Shown in pieces: positions 38,913 to 49,004 of a stretch of DNA of 64,000 nucleotides. How positions within the stretch are numbered: position 1 is the first letter of the stretch; each line of letters opens with the position of its first letter. Under the pieces are notes generated by a model, which searched no databases, was not told the DNA's origin, and was given only the letters and a program-made list of their open reading frames with translations. Source of the stretch: Kiritimatiellia bacterium (GTDB lineage Bacteria; Verrucomicrobiota; Kiritimatiellia; RFP12; UBA1067); assembly GCA_050949565.1 (NCBI GenBank), contig JBMNFY010000017.1, forward strand, positions 320,001 to 384,000, read 5' to 3'. The translations under genes were made by a program, and so were the position numbers.

Positions 38913-39236
38913 ATGGAACTTCCCCAGATATTCGCGGAAATCGCAGCCAGCATCCCGGCCAGGCGCGGCAGGCTCTTCGAGCAGTATTCGACCAGGACCG
39001 CCGCCGACGGGACGGTCCGGCGGACGGGGCCCTACTACGTGCTTACGCGGTCCGTCAACGGCAGGACCGTCTCGGAGCGGGTCAAGGCCGAGGACGCGCC
39101 CCGCGTGCGGGAGGAGATCGAGCGCGGGGCGAGGCTCGCGGCGCTCTTCGAGAGGATATGGGAGATGGCGGAGTGCGCGGCGCGGCAGGCCCGCGACCCT
39201 AAAAAAAAACAGGGCCGGACGGCACCCCGGCGCTAG
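38913..39236 (+). CDS. IS OrfA (DUF6788-like small protein)
   Basis: GPYYVLTRSVNGRTVSERV motif. Contains an A9 slippery run (39201-39209) near its 3' end. Confidence 0.7.
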   Translation: MELPQIFAEIAASIPARRGRLFEQYSTRTAADGTVRRTGPYYVLTRSVNGRTVSERVKAEDAPRVREEIERGARLAALFERIWEMAECAARQARDPKKKQGRTAPRR

Positions 39237-40553
39237 GGCGCATTGAGGCGGCCGCCCTCGATCTCGTCGGCGCCGCCGTCAAGGCCGAGGCCGACGCGCG
39301 GAGCGGAGCGCGGGACCTGAGCGAGGTGGAGGGCGACCTGCGCTCGGCGGCGCTGTCCTTCGCGGCGAAGGCGCTCGGGGCGCTCATGTCCGGCCCGCTC
39401 CAGCAGGCCGCGGGCGTGGACGCCCCGGCCGGCCGGCGCGGAACCAGGACCGAGACGGTGCTCACCAGCGTGGGGGACGTGCCCTACACGCGGGCATACG
39501 TCCCCGGCGGCGACCGGCCGTTCCCGGCCGACGAGGAACTGGGGCTGGTCTGCCGGTGCACGCCGTCCGCAGCGAAGCTCCTCTGCCACGAGGCCGCCCG
39601 CAGCCAGTCCTACCTGCAGGCCTCGGAGAGCCTCGCGCTTTCCGCCGGCATCTCGGTCTCCGCCAGCAGCATCCACCGGCTCGTGCGCGCCGTCGGCCCG
39701 GACATGGAGGCGTGGGCGCTCTCCCGCACGCCGTCGCCCGCGGAGCCGGGGCGCGACGTCATCGTCTGCCTCCAGATGGACATGACCGGCGTGCGGATGC
39801 TGAAGCGGTATCTCAAGGGCGCCAGGGGCAGGGGCGGGGGGGATCCCAAGGGCCGCCAGATCAAGTGCGGGACGCTCTTCCTGATGGAGCGGGACGCCGA
39901 GGGCCGGTACCGGCGGATAAGCGGCAGCGCCGTGCACGTGATCTCCTTCTGCGACCCCGTGTCGTTCTCCGACGCGCTGGAAAAGGCGCGGCAGAAGCTC
40001 GCGGCCCCCCACGGGGCCACGCTGGTCGTCGTCGCGGACGGCGCGGAGTGGATCTGGAACATCGTCTCGGACCGCTTCAAGGAGGCGTTCAGCATCATCG
40101 ACTTCTGGCACGCCGCCGACCGGCTCCACGACCTCTGCGAGTTCGCCCTGGGGAAGGGGGACGCGGCGCAGGCGCTCTTCAAGGAGTGGCGGAAGAAGAT
40201 GAAGGTGTACGGGGGTGGACTGCGTGATCCGCCACTTCGAGGGAATGGAGGGCTCCCGGAGGAAGCTCAAGGGCGTCGCCAAGCGCCTGGCGTACTTCAA
40301 GAGGTACCGCGGGCAGATGCAGTACCGCAGGTTCCGCCGCGAGGGATGGCCGATCGGTTCCGGCGCGGTCGAAGGCGCCTGCAAGTCGCTGATCAAGCAG
40401 CGCACGAACCTCTCGGGGCAGCGCTGGTCGCCCGACGGCGCGCTGGACGTGCTCTGGGCGCGGGCGCTGATCACCGACGGGCTCCATGACGAGTACTGGA
40501 AGGAAAAACGGAGCCGCGAGGGGAAGCGCAGAGAGCCCGTGTTCGCGGCGTGA
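39203..40553 (+). pseudogene. DDE transposase (ISKra4-like) split by a frameshift at G5 40211-40215
   Basis: QMDMTG, ADGAEWIW, IIDFWHA in one frame; YRRFRREGWPIGSGAVEGACK..QRWS in another. Confidence 0.8.
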
Positions 40554-40624
40554 CAGCGGAAACAGCGGAAACGATGTTACGAATCTGACACACACCCATT
40601 ATTTTGGACACGTTATTTTGGACC

Positions 40625-40653
40625 TTGATTTACGTAGTAAATCATGATATTTA
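40625..40653 (+). promoter_or_regulatory. Candidate sigma70 promoter with overlapping palindromic operator
   Basis: TTGATT-17 bp-TATTTA. Perfect TGATTTAC-GTA-GTAAATCA palindrome at 40626-40644. Confidence 0.45.
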
Positions 40654-40708
40654 ATCAGGTGGCACCGTTGGAGAGATGTTCTTTGCAACGGTTTGTGCGG
40701 GGGTCATC

Positions 40709-43700
40709 ATGAAAAAAATAAGTATTCTTGTCGCTCTATCGGTCGCGTGGATGGTAGGTCAAACGGCGAATGCCACCGGTTTCAGCAACAGTTCTGATAA
40801 AGGCGCGGGGGATCTCGGCACATCTACACCCGCCAATGGACTACTCCTCTGGAACCGGCTCGGCTCTGCGGACCAGATCGCCAACAGCGAGGTCGGCCCC
40901 AACGGCACCTACACGGCAGGCACCTTCGTGCCGGGCCCCTTCGGTGACGCGCTCGAATTGAACATGCAGCAACAATTCGGCTGTACGTTCCCCATCTCCT
41001 TGTTGGACACTGCCGAAGGTTGCTTGGAGTTCTGGGCCAAACTGAGCGACTTCCCCGTGCAGATGCCTTGGGACGGCTGTAACCCGGGGCTCATCGGTTA
41101 TCCGAGGCCTGTGGGCGACGACGGCTACCTGTTTTATTTCAATGCCAACAACGGCGTTGCCGATGGCGGACTTTGTGCAGACACACACCTGGGCCACATT
41201 GGAACCGGCTCCTTTGGCAACTGGACCTACTCGCAAGCCATCGGTGGAGGAGATGTCGCGGAATGGCACCATTACGCGCTCGTATGGAACGCCAAGGGGC
41301 TCCCCGGCATCGGCAACGGAACGCGTAAAGTCGCCATCTTCGTCGACGGCGTGCAGATTGCCAGTCACGGTGCCTATTATGATGAGGTGCGGTTGATTGG
41401 AGAGCCTGACGTCCATGTGTTCGGTCTGTTGAACCACCACGGCATCACAGGCGGGCGTGTTGCATTTGACAACCTCAAGGTCTGGAATTATGCCAAAACC
41501 GACTTCAGCGACCGCTTTGACGAAGACGAGGATGATCCCGGCACACCTACGCCCACCGACGGGTTGCTCCTCTGGAACCGGCTCGGCTCGGAGGACCAGA
41601 TCGCCAACAGCGAAGTCGGCCCCAACGGCACCTACACGGCAGGCACCTTCGTGCCGGGCCCCTTCGGTGACGCGCTCGAGCTGAACATGCGGCAACAATT
41701 TGGCTGCACGTTTCCCATCGCCCCGTTGAACACAGCCGAAGGTTGCTTGGAGTTCTGGGCCAAACTGAGCGATTTCCCCGTGCAGATGCCTTGGAGCGGT
41801 TGTAACCCGGGACTCATCGGCTATCCGAGGCCTGTGGGCGACGACGGCTACTTGTTTTATTTCAATGCCAACAACGGCGTTGCCGATGGCGGACTTTGTG
41901 CAGGCACATATCTGGGCCACATTGGGACCGGGCCATATGGATCTTGGACCTATTCGCAAGCCATCGGCGGAGGAGATGTCGCGGAATGGCACCATTACGC
42001 GCTCGTATGGAATGCCAAGGGGCTCCCCGGAATCAGCGACGGAACGCGCAAAGTCGCCATCTTTGTCGACGGTGTGCAGATTGCCAATCACGGTGCTTTT
42101 TACAACGAGGAGCGGTTGATTGAGGAGCCTGACATCCATGCGTTCGGCCTTTTGAACCACCAAGGGCTCTCTCAGGGCCGCGTTGCTTTCGACAACCTCA
42201 AGATTTGGAATTATGCTAAAACTGATTTCAGCGACCGTTTTGACGATGAAGAGGATGATCCCGGCACACCTACGCCCACCGACGGGTTGCTCCTCTGGAA
42301 CCGGCTCGGCTCTGAGGACCAGATCGCCAACAGTGAGGTCGGCCCCAACGGCACCTACACGGCAGGCTCCTTCGTGCCGGGCCCCTTTGGTGACGCGCTC
42401 GAGCTGAACATGCAGCAACAATTTGGCTGCACGTTCCCCATCTCCTTGTTGGACACTGCCGAAGGTTGCCTGGAGTTCTGGGCCAAACTGAGCGACTTCC
42501 CCGTGCAGATGCCTTGGGACGGCTGTAACCCGGGACTCGTCGGCTATCCAAAACCTGTAGGTAGCGACGGCTGCGTGTTCTATTTCAGTGCCAACAACGG
42601 GGTTGCCGATGGCGGACTTTGTGCAGGCACACATCTGGGCCACGTTGGGACTGGCTCCTCTGGCAACTGGACCTATTCGCAAGCCATCGGTGGAGGAGAT
42701 GTCACGGAATGGCACCATTACGCGCTCGTATGGAACGCCAAAGGTCTCCCCGGGATCGGCGACGGAATGCGCAAACTCGCCATCTTTGTCGACGGTGTGC
42801 AGACTGCCAATCAAGGTGTTTTTCACGACCGAGCGCAGTTGATTGGAGAGCCTGACGTCCATGTGTTTGGCCTGTTGAACCATCAAGGACTCTCTCAAGG
42901 CCGCGTTGCTTTCGACAACCTCAAGGTCTGGAATTATGCCAAGACCGACTTCAGCGACCGCTTTGACGAAGACGAGGATGATCCCGGCACACCTACGCCC
43001 ACCGACGGGTTGCTCCTCTGGAACCGGCTCGGCTCTGAGGACCAGATCGCCAACAGCGAAGTCGGCCCCAACGGCACCTACACGGCAGGCTCCTTCGTGC
43101 CGGGGCCCTTCGGTGATGCGCTCGAATTGAACATGCAGCAACAATTCGGCTGCACGTTTCCCATCGCCCCGTTGAACACAGGCGAAGGTTGCCTGGAGTT
43201 CTGGGCAAAACTGAGCGATTTCCCCGTGCAGATGCCCTGGAGCGGTTGTAACCCGGGACTCATCGGTTATCCGAGGCCTGTGGGCGACGACGGCTACTTG
43301 TTTTATTTCAATGCCAACAACGGCGTTGCCGATGGCGGACTTTGTGCGGGCACATATCTGGGCCACATTGGGACCGGCTCCTTTGGAAACTGGACCTATT
43401 CGCAAGCCATCGGCGGAGGAGATGTCGCGGAATGGCACCATTACGCGCTCGTATGGAATGCCAAGGGGCTCCCCGGAATCAGCGACGGAACGCGCAAAGT
43501 CGCCATCTTTGTCGACGGTGTGCAGACTGCCAATCACGGTGCTTTTTACAACAAGGAGCGGTTGATTGAGGAGCCTGACATCCATGCGTTCGGCCTGTTG
43601 AACCACCAAGGGCTCTCTCAAGGCCGCGTTGCTTTCGACAACCTCAAAATCTGGAATTATGCCAAGACTGATTTCAGCGACCGTTTTGACGATGAAGAGG

Positions 43701-46700
43701 ATGATCCCGGCACACCTACGCCCACCGATGGGTTGCTCCTCTGGAACCGGCTCGGCTCAGCCGACCAGATCGCCAACAGCGAGGTCGGCCCCAACGGCAC
43801 CTACACAGCCGGCACCTTCGTGCCGGGGCCCTTTGGTGACGCGCTCGAATTGAACATGCAGCAGCAATTTGGCTGCGCATTCCCCGGCACCCTCCTTAAC
43901 AGTAAAAAGGGATGTCTTGAATTCTGGGCGAAACTCAGTGACTTCCCAGTCCAAATGCCACTTTCCCAATGTATGCCAGGTCTGATTGGTAGCGGGACAC
44001 TTTCTAATCCCGAGCACTACGGTTTTTTCTTTAGTTCGAATGATGGCAACGCTAACGGCGGACTATGTGTTCGTTCCGGTTATGGCTTTGTGGGAACCGG
44101 GTCATACGGATCTTGGACCTATTCGCAAGCCATCGGCGGAGGAGATGTCGCGGAATGGCACCATTATGCCATGGTATGGGATGTCGACGGTATACCCTGT
44201 GATACCGCAGGAAACCGAAAAATTGGTGTCTTCCTTGACGGACAGTTGATTTCCACATCGGGCTTTTTCCGCGACGATCAGGAATATTTCGCCAACATGC
44301 CTGATTCCTACGTGTTCGGCCTCTTGAACCACCAAGGGCTCTCTCAAGGCCGCGTTGCTTTCGACAACCTCAAGATTTGGAATTATGCCAAAACCGATTT
44401 CAGCGACCGTTTTGACGAAGACGCGGGCGATCCCGGCACACCTACGCCCGCTAATGAGTTACTCCTCTGGAACCGGCTCGGCTCTGCGAACCAGATCGCC
44501 AACAGCGAAGTCGGCCCCAATGCCACGCTGGCGAATGGTACGTTTGTTCCCGGTCCATTCGGCAACGCCGTGGAACTTTCCGTTCCCAATCAACCGGCGG
44601 TTACACTACCTGTTGAACTCATGCGCCAAGAATCTGGCTGTATCGAGTTTTGGGCAAAGATAAACGTGACACCGTCATCTCTGGCATGGGGGTCCTCTGT
44701 CATCTTGGCTGCCTATCTTGAACCGTCAGCCAATGGTTTTTCAACCTCTCCCTTCATTCAGTTCAACGGTAACGACGGAGCTGCAAATGGAGGGTTGTGC
44801 GCCCGGCTTGTCGGGATCGGTTCTGCGGGCACGGCACCGTACTCGGCTGGCGGTTGGACCTACTCCTCCGCGTTAAAAGGTGCAGATCCCGCCGAATGGC
44901 ACCATTACGCCATGGTGTGGAGCACACAAGAGATTGCGTCGCTCGGCCCCCCGACGCGGCGTCTGGCCATCTTTGTTGACGGCGTGCTCAACACTGGTTC
45001 ATGGGGCGGGCCGGTCCTTCCACCCTATGTCGCCGATTACGCCGAGGGCGGACTCCTAGGGCTCCTCTACATGAGTTCAGGAACAACCGGACATATCGCC
45101 ATCGACAATGTGAAGATTTGGAATTACGCCAAGGCCGATTTCAGCGACCGCTTCACAGAAGGCGAGGTCGTCACCTATGACGTGACCGTCTCCAAAGGCT
45201 CCATTGACGGGACAACCAGCAACTCGTTCCCCGCAGCGATTCTTCTAAACGTCCGCGCCGACACGCCGCCTACCGGTTGGCATTTCGCCAGTTGGACGGT
45301 CGAGCCCGAAGACGCAGACCTCGGCAGTACATTTGATGCCCTGCAGGCTGAGACCTCCCTGATCATGCCGCCGCACGCCATTACCTTGACCGCCGTCTGG
45401 GTGCCTGACGTGACATCCTTAAACAGCGGGTTGCAACTTTACTATCCGTTCACATCCGCAACGGAAGGCGCAACGGATGCCAGCGGGAACGGACACGACG
45501 GCGTGTTGCACGGCACAACCTGGCAGGACAACGGGAGGCCCTCCGGCAGCCGCCGGCTCGGCTCAGGAAGTTACATCGACGTCGGCACAGAGGTGAATTT
45601 TGCTGCATGGGAACAGTACTCCATCAGCCTGTGGTTCAAACGCGACTTGACCCCGATTGACGCTACCGGATATGGCGACAAACTGCTGTGCAAGACCGAC
45701 TGGTATTCAGACCAGCACCTCCGCATGCTACCCGGCGGGTCTCTTCACTTCTCAGTGGCAACCGGCGGGGGACCCTATCCTTCTGTCGGATACTGGGTCC
45801 AGTGCTGGGAAAACTTCCAAGACAATATGTGGCACCACCTCGTCGTCGTGCGGAGCAACAACCTTGCGACGCTGTGGATCGACGGAGTACAAAAGAGTGT
45901 CACATCGAATGCGATTTCGATCACAAGCAACACGAAGCCCCTCTATCTCGGCTACTCGGCCTCCGGCGACGCTTATCAACGGCGCTACTGGCCTGGTAAC
46001 CTTGATGAACTCAGGATTTACAACCGCGCTTTGGTTCCACATGAGATCAACGAGCTTCTGCATGGAGAGACACGGCCGTTGACGGTTGCCTTTGACGCGA
46101 ACGGCGGCGATCCGGTGTCCGCAAATGCGGTCGTCATCATGGGCGCCCCGTACGGCGAACTGCCGCAGCCGTCACGCACGGGCTACACCTTCGGAGGCTG
46201 GTTCGCATCTACCGGCGGAGTCGCTTTCGCCATCACTGCGGATACGCTGGTCACTCTCGCGGAAGACCACACCCTGACCGCCGCCTGGACGCCCAACACC
46301 TACACCGTCGCCTTTGACGCTGACGGCGGCGTCGCTCCGGTCTCCAAGACGGTTACGTTCGATGCCGCCTACGGCGTACTGCCCACACCGGTCGCGCCGC
46401 CCGCGTCACGCCTGGCGTGGCTATTCGGCGGCTGGATGGCTGTAAACGGCCAGCTTGTGACGGACGCCACCCTTGTAGCGACCGCATCCGACCACACCCT
46501 GACCGCCGTCTGGACCAAACCCGCCCCTCTGCCCGATCCAGAGGCGTCACCGACCTTCACCAGCGAGGCACCATATTACGGCTACCTCTACCGCACCGGC
46601 GATGTCGGCGGGCAGGCGGCTTCCTCGGTCGAGGGCACCATCGAGTTCAACGTTTCCGCGGCTACCGGCAAACTCTCCGCCAAGGCCGTCACACGCAGAG

Positions 46701-47788
46701 GGCCACTAAACTTCAGAGCCCCGACGTGGGACGCAGGCGAAGCGGACGGAACGCATCTTGTCACCCTGAAACTGCGGAGCGGCGAGACTCTCGCCCTCTC
46801 CGTGCGCGGTAACCGCGCTTGGGGCATGCTCAGCGGCGGCTCGGTCGACGGTGAACTTTTGGTTGAGTGCGCACGCAACCGCTTCCGCGACCGCACCGAC
46901 GCCGAAGCGCAAGCCGTCCTGACCGACTTCAAGGGCCTCTACACGGCGGCTCTGCCGACGTGTGGCCCGGCCGACGACGACGTCGGCGCGGTACCGCAGG
47001 GTGCAGGCTACCTCTCACTCACCCTCAGTACGTACGGGCGGGTCAAGTTCGCCGGTGTGCTCGCCGACGGCACCAGCGTATCGATGGCCGCACAGGCGCT
47101 GCTCATCGACGGCTGCGGCGGATGGGTATGCGTGCCGCTCTTCTCCCCGCTCTATGGGCGCAAGGGTTGGATCGGCGGGCTCGTCTGGCTTGATCCCGAA
47201 ACCGGTGCGGCCATCACTGACCGCGAACTCGGCTGGACAATCCGCTGGGACCGCGTACGAGGCGATGCACAGGACTTTTCCCTCTTGCTGGACCTCTGCG
47301 GCGGCCGCTATGCCAAACCGCCCGCGCTCGCGCCCGCCTATCGATTCTCGGTGGATATTGAGCAGGTGCCCCTGTTCTATCCCGGCGGCAGCGTCCTCTT
47401 CGCAGAAGAAGCGTTGCCGATCAACCTGCCCGTAGCGGTCTCCGGCACCCGCATGACCATGGTCCGCGGACGCCAGCCCCAAAAGACGGACGGAGCCTAC
47501 AACTACGGCGGCGAGAATTGTGCACAGGCGAAACTCTCGTTCTCGGCGTCCACCGGCATCTACAAAGGTACGTTCAGCCTCTACTACGACTACATCTCGG
47601 GGAACCGTCCACGTCACAAGAAGGTCACGGTTCAATACGCGGGCATCCTCTGCCCCGTCAGAGGCGCTGCTTTCGCGGATGCCCCAGCCGGCATGGGCCA
47701 CTGTCTCGTGCCGGACAACTCGACCGGCCCCACACTCAAGCGCTCGTTCTTGAACATGCTACATGAAGGAGCCGTGCCGGCATTGTAG
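40709..47788 (+). CDS. Giant secreted surface protein: six tandem ~241-aa LamG-like repeats, a further LamG domain, InlB B-repeat-like units, novel C-terminal region
   Basis: Signal peptide MKKISILV..ANA. Repeated CLEFWAK..EWHHYALVW..FVDG..FDNLK. YGELPQPSRTGYTFGGW B-repeat-like motifs. Confidence 0.85.
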   Translation: MKKISILVALSVAWMVGQTANATGFSNSSDKGAGDLGTSTPANGLLLWNRLGSADQIANSEVGPNGTYTAGTFVPGPFGDALELNMQQQFGCTFPISLLDTAEGCLEFWAKLSDFPVQMPWDGCNPGLIGYPRPVGDDGYLFYFNANNGVADGGLCADTHLGHIGTGSFGNWTYSQAIGGGDVAEWHHYALVWNAKGLPGIGNGTRKVAIFVDGVQIASHGAYYDEVRLIGEPDVHVFGLLNHHGITGGRVAFDNLKVWNYAKTDFSDRFDEDEDDPGTPTPTDGLLLWNRLGSEDQIANSEVGPNGTYTAGTFVPGPFGDALELNMRQQFGCTFPIAPLNTAEGCLEFWAKLSDFPVQMPWSGCNPGLIGYPRPVGDDGYLFYFNANNGVADGGLCAGTYLGHIGTGPYGSWTYSQAIGGGDVAEWHHYALVWNAKGLPGISDGTRKVAIFVDGVQIANHGAFYNEERLIEEPDIHAFGLLNHQGLSQGRVAFDNLKIWNYAKTDFSDRFDDEEDDPGTPTPTDGLLLWNRLGSEDQIANSEVGPNGTYTAGSFVPGPFGDALELNMQQQFGCTFPISLLDTAEGCLEFWAKLSDFPVQMPWDGCNPGLVGYPKPVGSDGCVFYFSANNGVADGGLCAGTHLGHVGTGSSGNWTYSQAIGGGDVTEWHHYALVWNAKGLPGIGDGMRKLAIFVDGVQTANQGVFHDRAQLIGEPDVHVFGLLNHQGLSQGRVAFDNLKVWNYAKTDFSDRFDEDEDDPGTPTPTDGLLLWNRLGSEDQIANSEVGPNGTYTAGSFVPGPFGDALELNMQQQFGCTFPIAPLNTGEGCLEFWAKLSDFPVQMPWSGCNPGLIGYPRPVGDDGYLFYFNANNGVADGGLCAGTYLGHIGTGSFGNWTYSQAIGGGDVAEWHHYALVWNAKGLPGISDGTRKVAIFVDGVQTANHGAFYNKERLIEEPDIHAFGLLNHQGLSQGRVAFDNLKIWNYAKTDFSDRFDDEEDDPGTPTPTDGLLLWNRLGSADQIANSEVGPNGTYTAGTFVPGPFGDALELNMQQQFGCAFPGTLLNSKKGCLEFWAKLSDFPVQMPLSQCMPGLIGSGTLSNPEHYGFFFSSNDGNANGGLCVRSGYGFVGTGSYGSWTYSQAIGGGDVAEWHHYAMVWDVDGIPCDTAGNRKIGVFLDGQLISTSGFFRDDQEYFANMPDSYVFGLLNHQGLSQGRVAFDNLKIWNYAKTDFSDRFDEDAGDPGTPTPANELLLWNRLGSANQIANSEVGPNATLANGTFVPGPFGNAVELSVPNQPAVTLPVELMRQESGCIEFWAKINVTPSSLAWGSSVILAAYLEPSANGFSTSPFIQFNGNDGAANGGLCARLVGIGSAGTAPYSAGGWTYSSALKGADPAEWHHYAMVWSTQEIASLGPPTRRLAIFVDGVLNTGSWGGPVLPPYVADYAEGGLLGLLYMSSGTTGHIAIDNVKIWNYAKADFSDRFTEGEVVTYDVTVSKGSIDGTTSNSFPAAILLNVRADTPPTGWHFASWTVEPEDADLGSTFDALQAETSLIMPPHAITLTAVWVPDVTSLNSGLQLYYPFTSATEGATDASGNGHDGVLHGTTWQDNGRPSGSRRLGSGSYIDVGTEVNFAAWEQYSISLWFKRDLTPIDATGYGDKLLCKTDWYSDQHLRMLPGGSLHFSVATGGGPYPSVGYWVQCWENFQDNMWHHLVVVRSNNLATLWIDGVQKSVTSNAISITSNTKPLYLGYSASGDAYQRRYWPGNLDELRIYNRALVPHEINELLHGETRPLTVAFDANGGDPVSANAVVIMGAPYGELPQPSRTGYTFGGWFASTGGVAFAITADTLVTLAEDHTLTAAWTPNTYTVAFDADGGVAPVSKTVTFDAAYGVLPTPVAPPASRLAWLFGGWMAVNGQLVTDATLVATASDHTLTAVWTKPAPLPDPEASPTFTSEAPYYGYLYRTGDVGGQAASSVEGTIEFNVSAATGKLSAKAVTRRGPLNFRAPTWDAGEADGTHLVTLKLRSGETLALSVRGNRAWGMLSGGSVDGELLVECARNRFRDRTDAEAQAVLTDFKGLYTAALPTCGPADDDVGAVPQGAGYLSLTLSTYGRVKFAGVLADGTSVSMAAQALLIDGCGGWVCVPLFSPLYGRKGWIGGLVWLDPETGAAITDRELGWTIRWDRVRGDAQDFSLLLDLCGGRYAKPPALAPAYRFSVDIEQVPLFYPGGSVLFAEEALPINLPVAVSGTRMTMVRGRQPQKTDGAYNYGGENCAQAKLSFSASTGIYKGTFSLYYDYISGNRPRHKKVTVQYAGILCPVRGAAFADAPAGMGHCLVPDNSTGPTLKRSFLNMLHEGAVPAL
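40817..45160 (+). repeat. Intragenic tandem repeat, period 723 bp
   Basis: GGCACA(C/T)CTAC anchor at 40817, 41540, 42263, 42986, 43709, then 44435. Confidence 0.92.
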
Positions 47789-47840
47789 GTGTTCGCCTCT
47801 ACGTTTGTGTTTGAGCGGCCGTATAAGCCAGTAAAACAAT

Positions 47841-47887
47841 GAAGGGGACTGTTGGGGGAACCCAACACGGATCCCCTTCTTTATTTT
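47841..47887 (+). terminator. Probable terminator after the giant protein gene
   Basis: GAAGGGGA..TGTTGGG-GGAA-CCCAACA..TCCCCTTC followed by TTTATTTT. Confidence 0.6.
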
Positions 47888-47969
47888 AAGGTCAATTCTT
47901 TTTCCGGCAGGTCTTATCAACGTAACCGAAATCTGATATTAATGACACGTAACAAGGAGTAGGTGCCCC

Positions 47970-49004
47970 ATGCCCGAAAATAGGATTTTGCTTGTTTCAA
48001 GCGATCGCACGGAGTGGTTTGAAGAAGCCTCTGACAACGAGCAGTTTGAACGCTTCCCTTACAGTGTTTATGCCATCTTGTTTAACCTCAGTAAAAAAGG
48101 GTGGCAAACCTGTCGTGCCGGCTGGAAAACCAGTTCCAAACTGAAGGCCCTCGCACAACGAATTGATACATTTCAACCCTCGATCATCTACACATACGGA
48201 TCCACTGTTGCGCTTAATCCGTTGCTCTGCCGCCGGTTTTTCTGCAAGTGGAAATCGTTCAAGGTCATTCACGGATGGGACGATCTGTACGGCGACATCT
48301 GGCATGAGATCGCGGGCTATCCGGGACGGATCCTGATGAACATCATGGAAAAGCTGATCGTCACCCGCTCCGATCATGTGGTCACGCTCAGCCGCTTCTT
48401 GCAGCAGCGCGGAAAGGCTTGGGGTGTCGATTGCCACTACATCCCGAACGGTGCCGATATCCCAGTCTTTGACCACGCAGCATGTTCAATCCGATTGGAA
48501 GGCGATATGAATCTGGTATATACCGGCGATCAGGCGCGCTGGAAACGGACCGCCGACATCTGCGAAGCCATGCGCCATGTCCCCAAAAACATCAAGCTGT
48601 ACCTGACCGGACGCCGTTACCCCTATCTTGATAAATACGCCTCCGACAACTGTATCTTCCTCGGTTATGTCTCGCGGAACGACCAACTCTGCGTGATGGA
48701 TCAGGCCGACGTGTTGGTCTCCACCGCCGATCAAGACTGTAACGCCAAGCTTCAGGAGTACCTGCGGTTCAAAAAACCGATCTTGGGTTACGACGGTCGG
48801 ATGAACCTCTTCTTCAAGAATGGCGAGAACGCCCTGTTGACCCGTGACTATCCGAACGCCATCCTGACGTTGTACAATGCCCCGACGCTTCGCACCACGC
48901 TCGCGGAAAACGCGGCACGCGACATACCCGTCTTCAACTGGAGCGAAATCGCCGATCAGTTTGCCGCTTTTTTTGCGTCAGCGCACCAAGGGACAGGTGT
49001 TTAG
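47970..49004 (+). CDS. GT-B (family 4-like) glycosyltransferase, paralog of 36739-37782
   Basis: YIPNGAD, MNLVYTGDQARWKRT, DQDCNAKLQEY. AAGGAG RBS. Confidence 0.82.
   Translation: MPENRILLVSSDRTEWFEEASDNEQFERFPYSVYAILFNLSKKGWQTCRAGWKTSSKLKALAQRIDTFQPSIIYTYGSTVALNPLLCRRFFCKWKSFKVIHGWDDLYGDIWHEIAGYPGRILMNIMEKLIVTRSDHVVTLSRFLQQRGKAWGVDCHYIPNGADIPVFDHAACSIRLEGDMNLVYTGDQARWKRTADICEAMRHVPKNIKLYLTGRRYPYLDKYASDNCIFLGYVSRNDQLCVMDQADVLVSTADQDCNAKLQEYLRFKKPILGYDGRMNLFFKNGENALLTRDYPNAILTLYNAPTLRTTLAENAARDIPVFNWSEIADQFAAFFASAHQGTGV

Larger units (their letters stand above)
38802..40597 (+). mobile_element. Insertion sequence, ISKra4-like, 1796 bp
   Basis: TIRs GGGTGTGTGTCAGATTCGT(G/A)AC. 9-bp TSD ATTATTTTG (38793-38801, 40598-40606). 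Markedly higher GC than flanks. Confidence 0.92.

Noticed and set aside
40817-45160. Diversity-generating retroelement (TR/VR pairs) in the LamG repeats
   Set aside because: Differences between repeats affect all four bases, many are synonymous, and no reverse transcriptase is in the window.
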